Shown in pieces: positions 13,385 to 26,410 of a stretch of 64,000 bases of DNA. The first letter of the stretch is position 1; each line of letters starts with the position of its first letter. The translations under genes and the position numbers were made by a program. The notes under the pieces are model-generated. The model did not search any database and was not told the DNA's origin. It worked only from the letters and a program-made list of their open reading frames with translations. The DNA comes from Octopus bimaculoides (Eukaryota), in NCBI RefSeq assembly GCF_001194135.2, contig NC_068990.1, forward strand, positions 54,151,898-54,215,897, in the 5' to 3' direction.

Positions 13385-13734
13385 CTAACACGATATGGTC
13401 CTTTTTTTTTTAACAGGAAATTTTGCAGTATGATGAGAAGAATTTTCAATTTTCTGTGAAGCAGTGTTTACAGCAGTGAGTACCTGCAGGTTTCTGGGTG
13501 AGGCGCAAGTTGGTAAATTGGAAGTGGGTTGATAACATTTCCAGGAAGATTGGAAGTGTGTATCTGTCATAGCTCCAACTCCTTCTTGGTTATTTTCTTC
13601 ATTGTTTTTCCAACAGGTGGCAGGAATCACATGACCAGTTTCAACATTTTCTAATTTCACTTTCACCAATGGCATCATAGTTTTCTGTTCAGCTTGGGAA
13701 TAGCCAGGGTCATTCACCTCTTCTTTGACTCTCA
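13385..13734 (-). CDS. IRF1/2: IRF1/2-like, probable terminal coding exon
   Basis: Acceptor gtttgtttaattttag| at 13735, phase 1, giving ..KPQVRVKEEVND.. (compare IRF2 LQVTIKEESNP). Ends PVKKKRTISC-TAG at 13385-13387. No IAD1/SMAD-like domain is recognisable, consistent with the IRF1/2 group. Confidence 0.82.
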
Positions 13735-15412
13735 CTAAAATTAAACAAACAAATCAAATTTGTTACTTATTATTATCTCAGACTTTGAGTTATTAATAAT
13801 AGTTTGGTAAATTATTTGGGAGAAGTGATTTTGATATTTTAGAGCTTTAACAGCTCTAAAATGAAGATGTATTATTACTGATAGCAATTTAATGTTCATA
13901 ATTCCTTGCAGCAAACTGTATATAAAGGGATTAAACATACGATTACATAAATACATGTTTCATTTTTTGAGTAAGAAATAACTTTTAAAAATGGATCTTA
14001 TATATCATTGCTATTATGTAAAAGTGTCATAAGTCCAAAATGTTGCTTTTTCAGAAGATGAAAAAATAGTTTCACCATTCCATAGCAAAATCTGACAATT
14101 TTTGATATCTTGGCATCTGAAGCAGTTGGAGATATGATAGTTTGACCAAAAGAACCAGCTATTGCAAGCAAAAATAAATATTGAAAAAATAAAAACGCAT
14201 TTGGTCAAACTTGGACATACGACAGTTTGACATAATAGCGAAGGAAGGAAGGGAGGGAGGGAGGGATGTATGTATGTATAGACACAATAATGACAGTATG
14301 GTGTGCAGAAGCTCATTTTGCAACCATATGGTTTCAGGTTCAGTTCCTCTGTACAGCACTTTGGACAAGTGTTTCCTATTATAACCCCAGGCCAAACAAT
14401 GCCTTGTGAGTAAATCTGGTTGATGGAAACTGTGTTGAAGTCAATTTTATGTTTTTCTTGATGTTTTTGTTTGTTCCACACAGACATCACTTGACAACCA
14501 GTGTTGGTTTATTTACATCCCTGTACTGTAACTTAGCAGTTCAGCATAAGAGATGGATACAATAAGTACCAGATTTTAAAAATAAATATTGGGGTCAATT
14601 TGTTCAACTAAACTTTAGTATGGCTGCAATCCAATGATTGAAACAATCTAAAAATAAAAGATATATAACTATATATAATATGAACTGTTGAACATATTAG
14701 ACAGTGAAACTACTGTAGAAGCTAATTACCTTAGATGCACAGGCCAGGAAGTCAGACTAACAAAGAAGAGATATACTACCAACTATATTAGTAGATTATT
14801 GTTAGACTACATAGTGCACCTACTTCTGTTTTGGTTTTCTAAATCAAAACTCTAAGATATTAACCAATAAATTTCATCAAACCATTAAGTCATCACCTCA
14901 CCTTTATAATATCAGTATATTGCTAGTATTATTCAATCAACCTTGAAGTCGATGGAATAATTAAATACTAGTGCACCTACTCATACATAATTTAACTTCG
15001 AAATTCTAAAGACATACATCTGAGAGGCAGGCTCTTAACAACACTTGCCGATCACTGGTCACAATTGAATTAAATCCTTGCATTAATTTTTCTCAACCAT
15101 TACTTTAAATACACTCCGCTTCTGTCAACTTACTGACCATGCAGTGCCCTCTATCAAAACCTATATGTTATATGTAACTCTTCTATCAATTTCTTATCTG
15201 ATCTTATTTTCTGCCTCAAGTTGCACATCTGCAAGAATTCAAACTGAATGTTAACATCATTTACCTATGATTATTCCTTAGTCTTTGAAGGCCTGAAAAT
15301 GCTATGAACTTGCACAATCTCTTCCAAAAGTAATAAAATATAGTCTTGTTCACTACCATTTGTGTAAAACTCTACAATAAAAGAATTTTGGAAAAAATTG
15401 TTCAAATCTTAC

Positions 15413-16033
15413 CTTGAGGTTTTAATGAAGAATCATCAATATAACAGTGATCTAACAGAAATTTGTGTTTGGGACATGATGTAACTGGCAATGATTGGAT
15501 GGACTCGGTCACTTTTGGGAAAAAAGGATTCTGTGGTGTCAAATGAGGATTTTGAATTAGAAGAGGAACTTCAGCTGGTGGTGTAAGAGGTACTACAGTG
15601 GGTGCAGCACACTGAAGTAAATTGATGGTGGGTTGTGTGATGGTAACAGCAATAGGTGTGGTGACTGGAAGTTCAGGTGGTGAGCTAATGGAGACAACAG
15701 GAAGTGGTACAGGACAAGAAAGTCTGTCAGACCGAGTTAACTGGGTCAAGGCATCAACAGCATCAGCAGTAGGGTTAGAATATGATGAAGTGTCACAAGG
15801 AGTCTGTGTTACAGGTGGAGCTCGAATTGTTCCACGGTGGAGCTGTAGTAATGTATTGGCTACTTCACTATCGCTGATCAAAGTTTCAGAACTGTCGGAT
15901 TCAGAAAGGCTATTACAAGACATGGAAGAATCCACTGAATGGTTTCTTTTTGGAGGGCTCTTTGGTCTGATTTCTCTATAGAGAGATTTTTGTTTGTCAT
16001 CTTCTTTATCTTCATTAAATGGACAATTTTTCT
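15413..16033 (-). CDS. IRF1/2: IRF1/2-like, Ser/Pro/Thr-rich central exon
   Basis: Lies within ORF 15402-16058. Acceptor tttttgtttatttacag| at 16034; donor CAA G|gtaaga at 15412; 621 nt, phase 1/1, keeping the frame from the previous exon. Confidence 0.88.
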
Positions 16034-17385
16034 CTGTAAATAAACAAAAACAAAACATTTCTTTTAAGGTTGGTATAAAACCACAGAAAAATTATGGATA
16101 CCACCTGGAATTTAAATTTTGGCTTCAGATTTGGTTCATCCAGAAATTATTATTACACTATTATGCTACACCTCACGCTATATAAGGCACTTTTTAACCA
16201 TTTACGAAATAATTTGTGCCAAAAGAATTGATATAATTGTCTAAATGAAACTTGCTATACAGCAAGAATTTATTTTATCACAAGCAAATCAAATCTGACA
16301 AAACTTGATGCCTTGCAATATTGAATATCTGAGTTCATGACTAGCTCTCTACCCAGTGCTAAACCCACTGCTTATTTGCTTCTATGTTTGTGTAAGTATG
16401 GGAATCATCATAGTAAGACAAAGATACTCTACATATGCAGGGAAGTGACACATTACATACATAGCTTGTTTTACAGATGCAGTGATTACACTGTGTAACA
16501 AAATTCAATTCTTTTTTGTCTTTGGTCAGTAAGTGTTGTTTCTTATTTGCTTCTATCTAGAAATCAAAAGAAATGACTATTATTCCCTTCAAACTTTGCA
16601 TTTGTGACCTGGACATCAACATTTTGAAACTGACCTATTATCCATTACATTTCAGATGGATTCAGCACTGAGCTGCTGATACAGAAATAGTATTATAGCA
16701 AATATTCTGCTCAATACCACAGATTTGCTGGTCTTGACCATAACCAGTTGAGTATGTACCTTAGTAACTGACAAAATGTGCATCTCTGATCAGGAGTAGT
16801 GGGGGAGCATCATAGCCATGTATTGAGAGGGACTTTTTGAGGTTTGAATAAATACAAGAAAAGCAAAGTTTGAAGGAAATGTTAGCCATTTTTCATACTT
16901 TATAGGGGAAAGCAAATAGGAAAAAACAGCTGCTACCCAAGGACAAAAATCATGTTACACAGTGTTATTACAATGACTTTTGTCTAGCTGGACACAGACA
17001 GACCTTCATACATTAGTGTAACTTCAGTAACACTTGACTTTTGTGTTGCTGTTTTACTAACGTTTGTAATGTCAAGGTATGACCAGACACTTCCAAACTA
17101 TACCTGAACTATACCTTAGCAACCAGATCACATCATCAAAGTATGACCAGATACTATACACTTCTATTTTTATATTAAACTTAGTTTAGGAGAGTTGAGC
17201 TAAACTCTGTAGTTATCAATGTCAACTCAAACCATTCTCCACTAGATAGAGTCTCTTTTATATTTATACAAATGAGTCAGTTTGCTAAACTGTGTATATC
17301 TGTGAGAAATTACTTTTCAAATTAAAAAATCAAATTACGAACAATAACGAAGCTTAATTTTTCTTTCCACAACGCTGGAATATCA

Positions 17386-17886
17386 ATTAACCCTTAAGCA
17401 TTTAAACTAGCCATATTTGGCCCAAATATTCTACTTGTTTTATGTTCTAACAGGCCAGATCCAGTCTATCACACCTAGCCTACAATGTCATTCTAAAACT
17501 AGACAGTCAAATCAACAAAATCTGAGAGATATGCGATAATGCATGATTAATTTGTTCCAGTTGATTTGATCAACGGAATAGCCTGCTTGTGAAATTAATG
17601 TGTAAATAGCTGAGCATTAAAGACATGCATACCTTTAATGTAGTTCTCAAGAAGATTCAGACACAGGATGACAACGCTGGCCTTTTGAAATACAAGTACT
17701 ATTAATTATTGCCAGCTGAGTGGACTGGACCAACATGGAAAAGTGTTTTGCTCAAGGACACAATACACTACTGAGAATCAAACTCGCAACCATATGATAG
17801 AGAGCCAAATACCCTAATCACTAAGCCATACATCTTCACTAAATAGGCCTTACATTTGACAGAGTAATTTGAATGTTAAAGGATTA
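17386..17886 (-). mobile_element. TTAA-CCCT terminated (piggyBac-type) MITE with a nested insertion, just inside the intron after the second DBD exon
   Basis: Begins ttaacccttaagcatttaaac; other end gagtaatttgaatgttaaagga. Plus-strand relatives at about 4230-4430, 41805-41933, 43455-43665. A second family ending gggttaa/gagttaa lies at about 26630-26830 and 45540-45748. Confidence 0.55.
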
Positions 17887-17959
17887 TATTATGGAGAACA
17901 TTCTGTGGGTGTCTACATCATTATTTAACAAAGAGACAAGTCAAAGAACATATACTCAC

Positions 17960-18115
17960 TGTTACAAAAGAATTGGTAAACTTTGTAAGCATTCGTACCA
18001 CCCTTATGGTTTAAATCAGAGAGTTCTTTGCAATCGGGTAAACTGTTTAAGGCACAGCGAAATGTTGCTTTAAAGCGTTTTGTGTTGGGCTTGTCTTCTG
18101 TTGGTACAAACCTGC
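17960..18115 (-). CDS. IRF1/2: IRF1/2-like, coding exon for the C-terminal half of the DNA-binding domain (not in the ORF track)
   Basis: Hand translation GRFVPTEDKPNTKRFKATFRCALNSLPDCKELSDLNHKGGTNAYKVYQFFCN aligns to IRF2 [50 protein letters not shown]. Acceptor ttccattgcag|; donor A|gtgagt; 156 nt, phase 1/1, in frame with both flanking exons. Confidence 0.95.
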
Positions 18116-18807
18116 CTGCAATGGAAACATTGATACATTATTGCTTTATGGATTTAACCAAATGACTTGTTATGGCTACATCACTTACAAACACAGCAGA
18201 ACTGTTCCTAAACACAGAGACATTAAAAAAATTTTTTTTTACCTGGAAACGCTAAATTTTAAAATTTCTCTCTTATGTGAGCTAAATTAATCACAAAAGA
18301 TACAAGCTAATCAAAAACCAATAGCAGCCAAATATCCTTCAAATTGTGCTCTACCATCTTTACAAAAGATGAAGTTATAAGTAAACCTAAAAAGTTGGAG
18401 TGGTCACAGATGGAATGTCTTTAATTATAAGATTTAGTTGGTCTAGGTTGATCTAGAGTTAAACAAAACAGACTGAATACAGAACATTCGATATCACCTG
18501 CCTCAAACATATTACACAATGTTATCACATAAACATGACACATTTTCAGCATGAAATATGGCACAGCTAGCAAGTTGACTGAAAGTGGAACTTTCCCACC
18601 AGTTAAGTGTATAAGTCTGAATATGGTGAATAAGTGTATAGATCTGAGTATTGTGAATTCTAAGTGTTCTGATAAAGTTGAAGGTTACAATGTGAGAAAA
18701 AATTATATCTCAGAGAAATCAAAGTACTTACTAATGTGAAAATCCAAATTTATTAACTTTCTCAGAGAGAATGACATTAACTATCTACAGCTAGAAATAC
18801 CATTTTG

Positions 18808-19062
18808 TATCATCATCATCATCGTTTAACATCCGCTTTCCATGCTAGCATGGGTTGGACGATTTGACTGAGGACTGGTGACACCAGATAGCTACACCAG
18901 GCTCCAATTTGATTTAGCAGAGTTTCTACAGCTGGATGCCCTTCCTAATGCCAACCACTCCGAGAGTGTAGCGGGTGCTTTTACGTGCCACCGGCACGAA
19001 GGCCAGTCAGGTGGTACTGGCAACAGCCACGCTCAAAATGGTGTATTTTACGTGCCACCTGA
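18808..19062 (-). mobile_element. RTE 3' UTR/tail fragment
   Basis: Near-identical to 45835-46070 (catcatcgtttaac..ccatgctagcatggg..ggatgcccttcc). Confidence 0.85.
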
Positions 19063-19397
19063 GAATGTATGTCTATGTGAATCCCTAAAACTCGAGAACT
19101 ACACAACTAATTTCATTCAAATTTTACACATGCCTTACTTAGGGTCCCGGTTGTGTTTTAGTCAAAAAAAAAATGTTTAACTTCTTGCATAGTTTGAGCC
19201 CACAGCAACATAATATCTCATCCACTATTTAAGTATTACGTGTTAAAAATGAAACAAAAACACTCATGTCAAATACTTTCACTTTGAAAACGAAACTATT
19301 CCACTAACTGAAACAATCACATTTCGATACTGTAATGACAGATACTTNNNNNNNNNNNNNNNNNNNNNNNNNNNNNNNNNNNNNNNNNNNNNNNNNN

Positions 19398-19466
<69 letters not shown>

Positions 19467-19649
19467 TATATGTATACATATAGATGTATATGTACACGTA
19501 TATGTATATATATATATATATAGATCTATATGCATACATGTATACATATGTGTAGATGTATATATATAGATGTACATGTAATATCTACACATATATACAT
19601 GCATACAGATATCTATACATATATACACCCATTAGTCATTTGTTTTCTT

Positions 19650-21195
19650 ATCCAAAACTACGTCAGAAGTACTGAATGGATGGAAATTATATTCTATACA
19701 TAATGGCCATAACCCCCATGAAAATTCATATATTTTTGATGTTGATGAAATTTTAACCATACATATTACACACAAATAAAGTAATATTTCTAAATTTTCT
19801 TCTTAGAAGTTACCAAGACCCCTTCATAGGGACTTCACACCCACAATTTAGTCATTTTTCCTAAGCAAAAACGAATACAGTTGTACCATTGGAAGCTATA
19901 GGGTCACCCGAATGTAACAGATGAGCATTATTTGTAATTCAACGGTACAACAGTGTAAGACTATCCTTTCAGATATACTTACATTGTGATTTCTGCAATG
20001 TGGTGCATAAATTGTCAAGTAAATGAGACTCATCTTTGCCTCCACTGATTCACTTGCAAAGTGTTGAGTAAAATTATTTCGTTGCAGACCTCCTTTGAGT
20101 CTTTTTATTATCACTGCAACACATATAGTCCCCAGTTGGTAACATTGATTTCAAGGCCTTCCCAGATGAGTTACTGGTTGTTTTAAGACATTTATTGATT
20201 GTAAATATTTTCTGCCCAGTTACCTATCGGTAGAGTGGTCATTTGCAAACTCCAGAGGCGACACTTTCATTTCCCTTTACTCCAAACGTCACACGTTGTT
20301 ATTTCAATTGGGTCATGCCCTTCCAATTGCTATAGATCCATAACACATCTTACAGCTGTGCCTGTCATCTGTATGGTGAGGAATCCTACATTGGGGAGTA
20401 GTAACGACTACGCTACGGTGGCTGACTGATTATCATGATCATTTGTCTTTTGGTTTCCTCAACAGGTCTTTCCAAGTGGAGTTTAGTGTCCAATGAAAGA
20501 AGGAAGGTATGCATAAGTGGACTGGCTGAGGCCTTAGATTTAGGTCTCACTTGGCTTGCCGGTCTTAGGTCAAAAAATTTTTTAACTTCTTGCATAGTTT
20601 GAGCCCACAGCAATATCATACCTCCTCCACTATTTCAGTATTACATGTCAAAAGTAAAAAATAATAACATCACTCTACTGTAATGTCAAATACTTTCACT
20701 TTAACACTGAAACTATTCCACTATTTCAGTATTATCTGTCAAAAGTGAAACAATAACATGTCGCTACTGTAATTTCAAATACTTTCACTTTGAAACTATT
20801 AAAGTGAGACTATACTCTCACATATATACAGGCATACTATAAGACCCAAGTTAAAAACATTCCCAACAATTCAACTTCTCTGGTTGACATTAACACACCC
20901 ACCCCCAATAGGGGCCTTCATTCCCACATTATAGAGCTCCATTTTTCAGGAGGAAAATCCTTTTTACAGGTTTCAAAAGACTGAAATTTTGGAATATGTG
21001 CATAAAGATCAATAGTATGGGATACATGTCTCATGATTAGAATTTTTTAGGGTGTGTAAAGAGGGAAAGAACCCTCATGTGCAATTTTGATGAAATTCGA
21101 ATCATATGTATTCCAGTTCTTTACAGAAAATATAACAGAAAAGTCTCATTCTTCAATTGCATGTAACACGGGCAACACTGGGTATCTCTGCTAAT
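19650..21195 (+). mobile_element. Putative non-autonomous Helitron/Helentron-like element with internal ~80-bp repeats
   Basis: Ends gtaacacgggcaacactgggtatctctgctaat (short hairpin plus CTAR-like end), with aattttgatgaaatt motifs typical of such elements. The internal unit ccactatttcagtatta..aaagtgaaacaataac..aaatactttcacttt recurs at 20570-20790 and 19180-19330. Confidence 0.35.
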
Positions 21196-22313
21196 ATCAT
21201 CATCATCATCATCGGTGTTTAAAGTCTGCTTTCCATGCTAGCATGGGTTGGATGATTTGACTGAGGACTTGTGAAACCAGATGGCTACACCAGGCTCCAA
21301 TCTGATTTGGCAGAGTTTCTACAGCTGGATGCCCTTCCTAACGCCGACCACTCAGAGAGTGTAGTGTTTGCTTTTACGTGCCACCGGCATGAAGGCCAGT
21401 CAGGCGGTACTGGCAACGGCCACGCTCAAAATGGTGTATTTTATGTGCCACCCGCACAAGAGCCAGTCCAGGGGCACTGGCAACAATCTCTCTCGAAAGT
21501 CCTTACACATGCCGCGGGCACAAGTGCCAGAAAGGCGACGCTGGGCACAGGTGCCTTCACGATTTCGCTTTTNNNNNNNNNNNNNNNNNNNNNNNNNNNN
21601 NNNNNNNNNNNNNNNNNNNNNNNNNNNNNNNNNNNNNNNNNNNNNNNNNNNNNNNNNNNNNNNNNNNNNNNNNNNNNNNNNNNNNNNNNNNNNNNNNNNN
21701 NNNNNNNNNNNNNNNNNNNNCTTGCCGGGTCTTCTCACGCACAGCATATTTCCAATTGGCAGAGTTTCTACAGCTGGATGCCCTTCCTAACGCCGACCAC
21801 TCAGAGAGTGTAGTGTTTGCTTTTACGTGCCACCGGCATGAAGGCCAGTCAGGCGGTACTGGCAACGGCCACGCTCAAAATGGTGTATTTTATGTGCCAC
21901 CCGCACAAGAGCCAGTCCAGGGGCACTGGCAACAATCTCTCTCGAAAGTCCTTACACATGCCGCGGGCACAAGTGCCAGAAAGGCGACGCTGGGCACAGG
22001 TGCCTTCACGATTTCGCTTTTCCCAATAAGTCTTCGCAAGCTGAGTTTCGTGTCCAATGGAGGAGACGACGTTGGCATGGGTGCCAATCGTTGAATTTAA
22101 ACTCAACTTCGATTTCACTTGCCTCAACAGGTCTTCGCAAGTAGAGTTTAGTGTCCAATGAAGGAAGGTACGCATAAGTGGACTGGCTGAGGCCTTAGAT
22201 TTAGGTNNNNNNNNNNTACGCATAAGTGGACTGGCTGAGGCCTTAGATTTAGGTCTCACTTGGCTTGCCGGGTCTTCTCACGCACAGCATTTGGCAGAGT
22301 TTCTACAGCTGGA
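21195..22313 (-). mobile_element. RTE 3' UTR segment, tandemly reiterated around N-gaps
   Basis: Tail at 21195; 21307-21572 is repeated exactly at 21756-22021, with a third start near 22290. Confidence 0.8.
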
Positions 22314-22324
22314 TATATATATAT

Positions 22325-22510
22325 AGTGGGTGAGAGATGTGTGCAAATGGATAATGGTATACTTGCACTTAGTGACTCAGAGAAGAAAGACAAGTGGAGA
22401 TGCCATTATGAAAGGTTATTAAATGTGTAGAATGATTGGGAAAAGGAGAATCTTTCAAATATCAAACCAATTGAAAGACCAGCCACCAGAGTTGATAGCA
22501 GTATAATAAA
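22325..22510 (+). mobile_element. RTE ORF fragment
   Basis: VGERCVQMDNGILALSDSEKKDKWRCHYERLLNV, homologous to 57900-58040. Confidence 0.75.
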
Positions 22511-22980
22511 TAAGACAATTTATCTCTTTCTTCCTTACTCTACCACCTCATCTATTCTCTGATCTTTGTTACTTCCTGGCATTTCCCCACCATCTCTCTC
22601 CTGCTCTCTCCCTTGCTTTTCCCTCTGGCTAGGTACCAAGTTTCTCCTTTACATTAGCACACCTATTTCTGTCCTCTTTCTTGTACTTCCTCCAAAGCAA
22701 GACACCTGTTTCTGCCTCTCTGTCACACTCTAACCTTTTATCATCTGACACTAGATCTCCTCCTCCAATTCCTGCTCCTCTCTCTAAATTCCTTATTTTG
22801 CAAGTTACTTGGTGACCCTGCCAGTGCTGGTACCACAGAAAAAGCATCTAACCATAAGAACCCTGTCAAAACAGGTAATGTAGCCTAGGGTAGTCTTCTA
22901 CCTGGCCGGCTCTTGTCAACCATCCTACCCATGCATGCATGAAAGACAGACATTAAACAATGATGATGATGATATATATA

Positions 22981-23897
22981 TGAGGCGTGTTCAAAAAAGA
23001 ATCTGACTTAATTTTTTCCTGCCAAAACTAATGCTGCATGGGCAAAATCCTTTGGGTGGGAAGTAATGCCACCCTTCCTGCATGTGTGAGAAAATTTTCC
23101 TAACTTAAGTCAGTTCCCAGCTGTTACACCTAGAGTACAGATGTGCAGTGCATGCTTGTTGGATTTTCATTTTCACTGAATGCATCAAGTTTTGCCAATA
23201 GCTTGTGATACTCAAGCTCAACCCACCCAGAAGATTCAGCAGGCTTTTGGCGAAGGTGCCACGGGCAAAACTCAGATCAAAGAATGGTACAACTGCTTTA
23301 AATATAGTTGCATCTCAGTGGAGAGCAAGGAACGCTCAAGTAGGCCATCCACAAGCCGAAACAAGGGGCTGATTGAGAAGGTTTGGCAAATAGTCATGGA
23401 AGATTCATGTAACAATCCAGGAAATTGCTCTTGAAGTAGGAATAAGCACAGGATCAGTGCATCCCATTTTAAGGGAGGATTTGTGCATGTGAAGAGTGTC
23501 GTCAAAAATCATTTCCGAGGTGCTGGCAAAGCAGCAGAAGCAATTCTGCATGGAAATTGCTCAGGACATGCTGGATTGTGCCAACTACAACCCAGACTTC
23601 ATGAAGACCATCATCACTGGTGATAAGACATGGGTTTATGGTGTCTGCTTGATACGTTTGGTCACTTTGCATGAAAATGAAAATCTGATGAGCACATACT
23701 ACACGTCTGTACCCAAGGTGTAAGAGTACACAGCTGCATTCAAGGCATAAGAGCTGGGAACTGACAAGGCCTACCAGTGCAAAATTTTCACACATGTGCA
23801 AGAACGGCAGTTCACCTTCCACACCACAGGATTTTGGCCATGTGACATTAGTTTTGGTCAGAAAAAATAAAGTTGGATAGTTTTTGAATGCACCTTG
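22981..23897 (+). mobile_element. Mariner-family derivative: 5' half of a transposase followed by an inverted second 5' end
   Basis: Peptides QAFGEGATGKTQIKEWYNCF..ERSSRPSTS and ..IITGDKTWVYG. The right about 255 bp is the reverse complement of the left terminus and 5' UTR. Confidence 0.8.
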
Positions 23898-26029
23898 TGT
23901 ATACAAACACACACACACACTGCATGGATATGAGGTCATCAACTAAACAATATATGTTGATGAGAGAGAGAGAGAGAGAGAGACAATGAAAATCTGTGCA
24001 CCAAACAGAAATTATGAATAAAATATTTTTATTTGTAAACAATGAATATGATCTCTAGTTTAAGGCTATTTCAATACAAAACCCTGTCATAAAGAGAGAA
24101 AAATAGTCCAACTGTAATGGAGATGTAATTTCTAACAAATGAAGCTCTTAACTTATTGTTCTTAGCTACTAACTACACACATCAAAACCTCATCTACTTC
24201 ATTTTATATTTTTTCTTTTGTAGTTAAACAAAATGCGAAAAAGAAAGATAGCCGTAGCCTATTAATAAATAATGAGACCATGCATATACTTCAATACTCT
24301 ACTACAATATTTCTTTATTTTCATCATCTTTTCTTTTGATAGTTGAGCTACCAACGTCTCACAGTCTAATCCAGTGGACCATGTCAGAAAAGCAGCTAAT
24401 AACTGACTAATGTGTTAATAAAATTTCTAAAATAGAATAAGTTTGTTTGTTGAGAAGTGAATTCTGTTGTTTGGGGGAAGGTCTTTCTTGGAAGATATGA
24501 GAAGTGTATCCCTTTCAAAATTCACTTTTCTTTACAACCCACAAATTTATTCTAATTCATAACTTATACCAACAAGTTTTTGCAGTCAAACAAACACTAT
24601 CTTGCTTCAACTTTATATTTGTTTATTATTTGGTACATTCTCTAACCATCGCTCTTTAAATTTCTACTGATCTGTTTTGAAATTTAAAATTTAGAAAATA
24701 ATAAATGTCATTTTTAAGGATCCTATGTTAAAACAAACTCCAGGAAACAGTTCCTTCAATTTTGACAATTCCTTAACAGGTTACCTAACCTATTTAAAGT
24801 ACAGATGCTTTTAACAATTATTTGTACACTATTGACACTTAAATCTATTTCATACACTTGTAATTTAATCTCACTTTAGTGAAGTATTGTAGTATTTGTT
24901 GGAGCATGATAAGCAAATAAAGTAGAAAGGTGACTTGAGAACAATGTACTTTTTACCTATATTTACATTAAATAAATGACCTCAGGATTTCATACGACAA
25001 ATATTTTAGTGACCACAATAAAGAGAATGTGACAATATCACTCTTTCAATGGACCATACTTGTTTTCTTCAATTCCAGTCTTTCAAGAATATACTCAATT
25101 CTTTCAATTTGAATTTTGTGATAAATGAACAAACACTTTGTCAAATGCTAAGGTATTTATAGAAAAAGAGAAAGTGTTTAAAATAGCCCTCTGTGCATTA
25201 TACTTAGTGTAAATACATTGCAAAAAAGCAAATTTATTGCAGTATTTATCTTGAGATAATATCATTTCTTATGAACATACTGTGTTTAAAAACATGATAT
25301 ATATCAAAGGCAGGCAAACACTATCCTAGCAGCAGGTGGTGAGAATGCTAGATACATTGCAGTCTCACTGCATTTGTTAATAGAATGTACTCACAGCCTA
25401 CTGCACACTAAGTTGAAATTTGTCACCACTGATATAGGAAAACAGTTATTAGACAACCACTGGAATGACAAAAAGCTGCCCAGCTGAATAAAAATCCATT
25501 ATATGCAACAAAAACAGTATTATACAAGAATAGCCATCTGTCTATCATAATGTAAATACATTGTGAAAAGAGTTTAGTTATATTCACATACAGTGAAATG
25601 CTAATGTAATGGTATGTTATTTCCTGTTAGTGTGCTATACTTAAATATTCAAATTATTTAAACTCTTTGAAATTCAATATATTTTTAAATGTCATACAAA
25701 CTTCTTTGACATATCACAGAGTTATTAGATTTTAACACCTTTCATCTCCCTTCATTCTTCCTTAGCATGGATGTGATAGCTTTTGTGATCTGAAAATATA
25801 TATTTCCACAAATAGATGCTCTTGTGACAATTAACCACTTCACTGTGAATTAGAAAAATGACTTGATAATTAGTCAGTAAAAATAAAGCCAACAGAGTGT
25901 TGTGTATTTTCCAGTATCACAACCCTGTAGCTGTAGCATTAATGTGTGGAACATACCTATATAATCAGTAGTGGCAATGGTAGTGATAAGTATAATTCCA
26001 TTGCTGAGAATAAGGGACCATAGACACAT

Positions 26030-26410
26030 GCATTATTTCCCTCCATCAATTCCTGCCTCTGGCCAGAGATTTAGTTCATTCTTTGATGTCATCCAACCAA
26101 AATCTTTTTGATCGCCACCTTTTGTTTCCCATCTTCCCTCTACAGTGTGGTGGTGGTGGGGGTCGTCGAGATTCTGAGCCCTGATGACATACCCAAAATA
26201 CTGCAGCTTTCTCTTCCTGATAGTTGCCATAAATTCTCTTTCTGATTCCATTTCAAGTACTGACTTGTTTGTTCCATGGCCAATCCAGCTGATCCTCATT
26301 ACTCTTCAATAGCACATTGTTTCAAATGTTTTGAGTTTGGCAGCATTGTTTGCTCTTAAGGTATAACTTTTACATCCATACAGTAAAACAGTCCAAACTC
26401 ATGTCAATGG
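26030..26410 (-). mobile_element. Non-LTR (RTE-like, second family) RT C-terminal fragment
   Basis: RISWIGHGTNKSVLE..REFMATIRKRKLQYFGYVIR. Confidence 0.7.

Noticed and set aside
13655-13664. GAAAGTGAAA IRF-E inside the IRF terminal exon
   Set aside because: Fully explained by Val-Lys-Val-Lys codons; such 10-mers are frequent in AT-rich DNA.
20140-20430. Possible piggyBac-like Cys-rich tail on the minus strand (CKMCYG)
   Set aside because: Only a six-residue resemblance, amid multiple stops.
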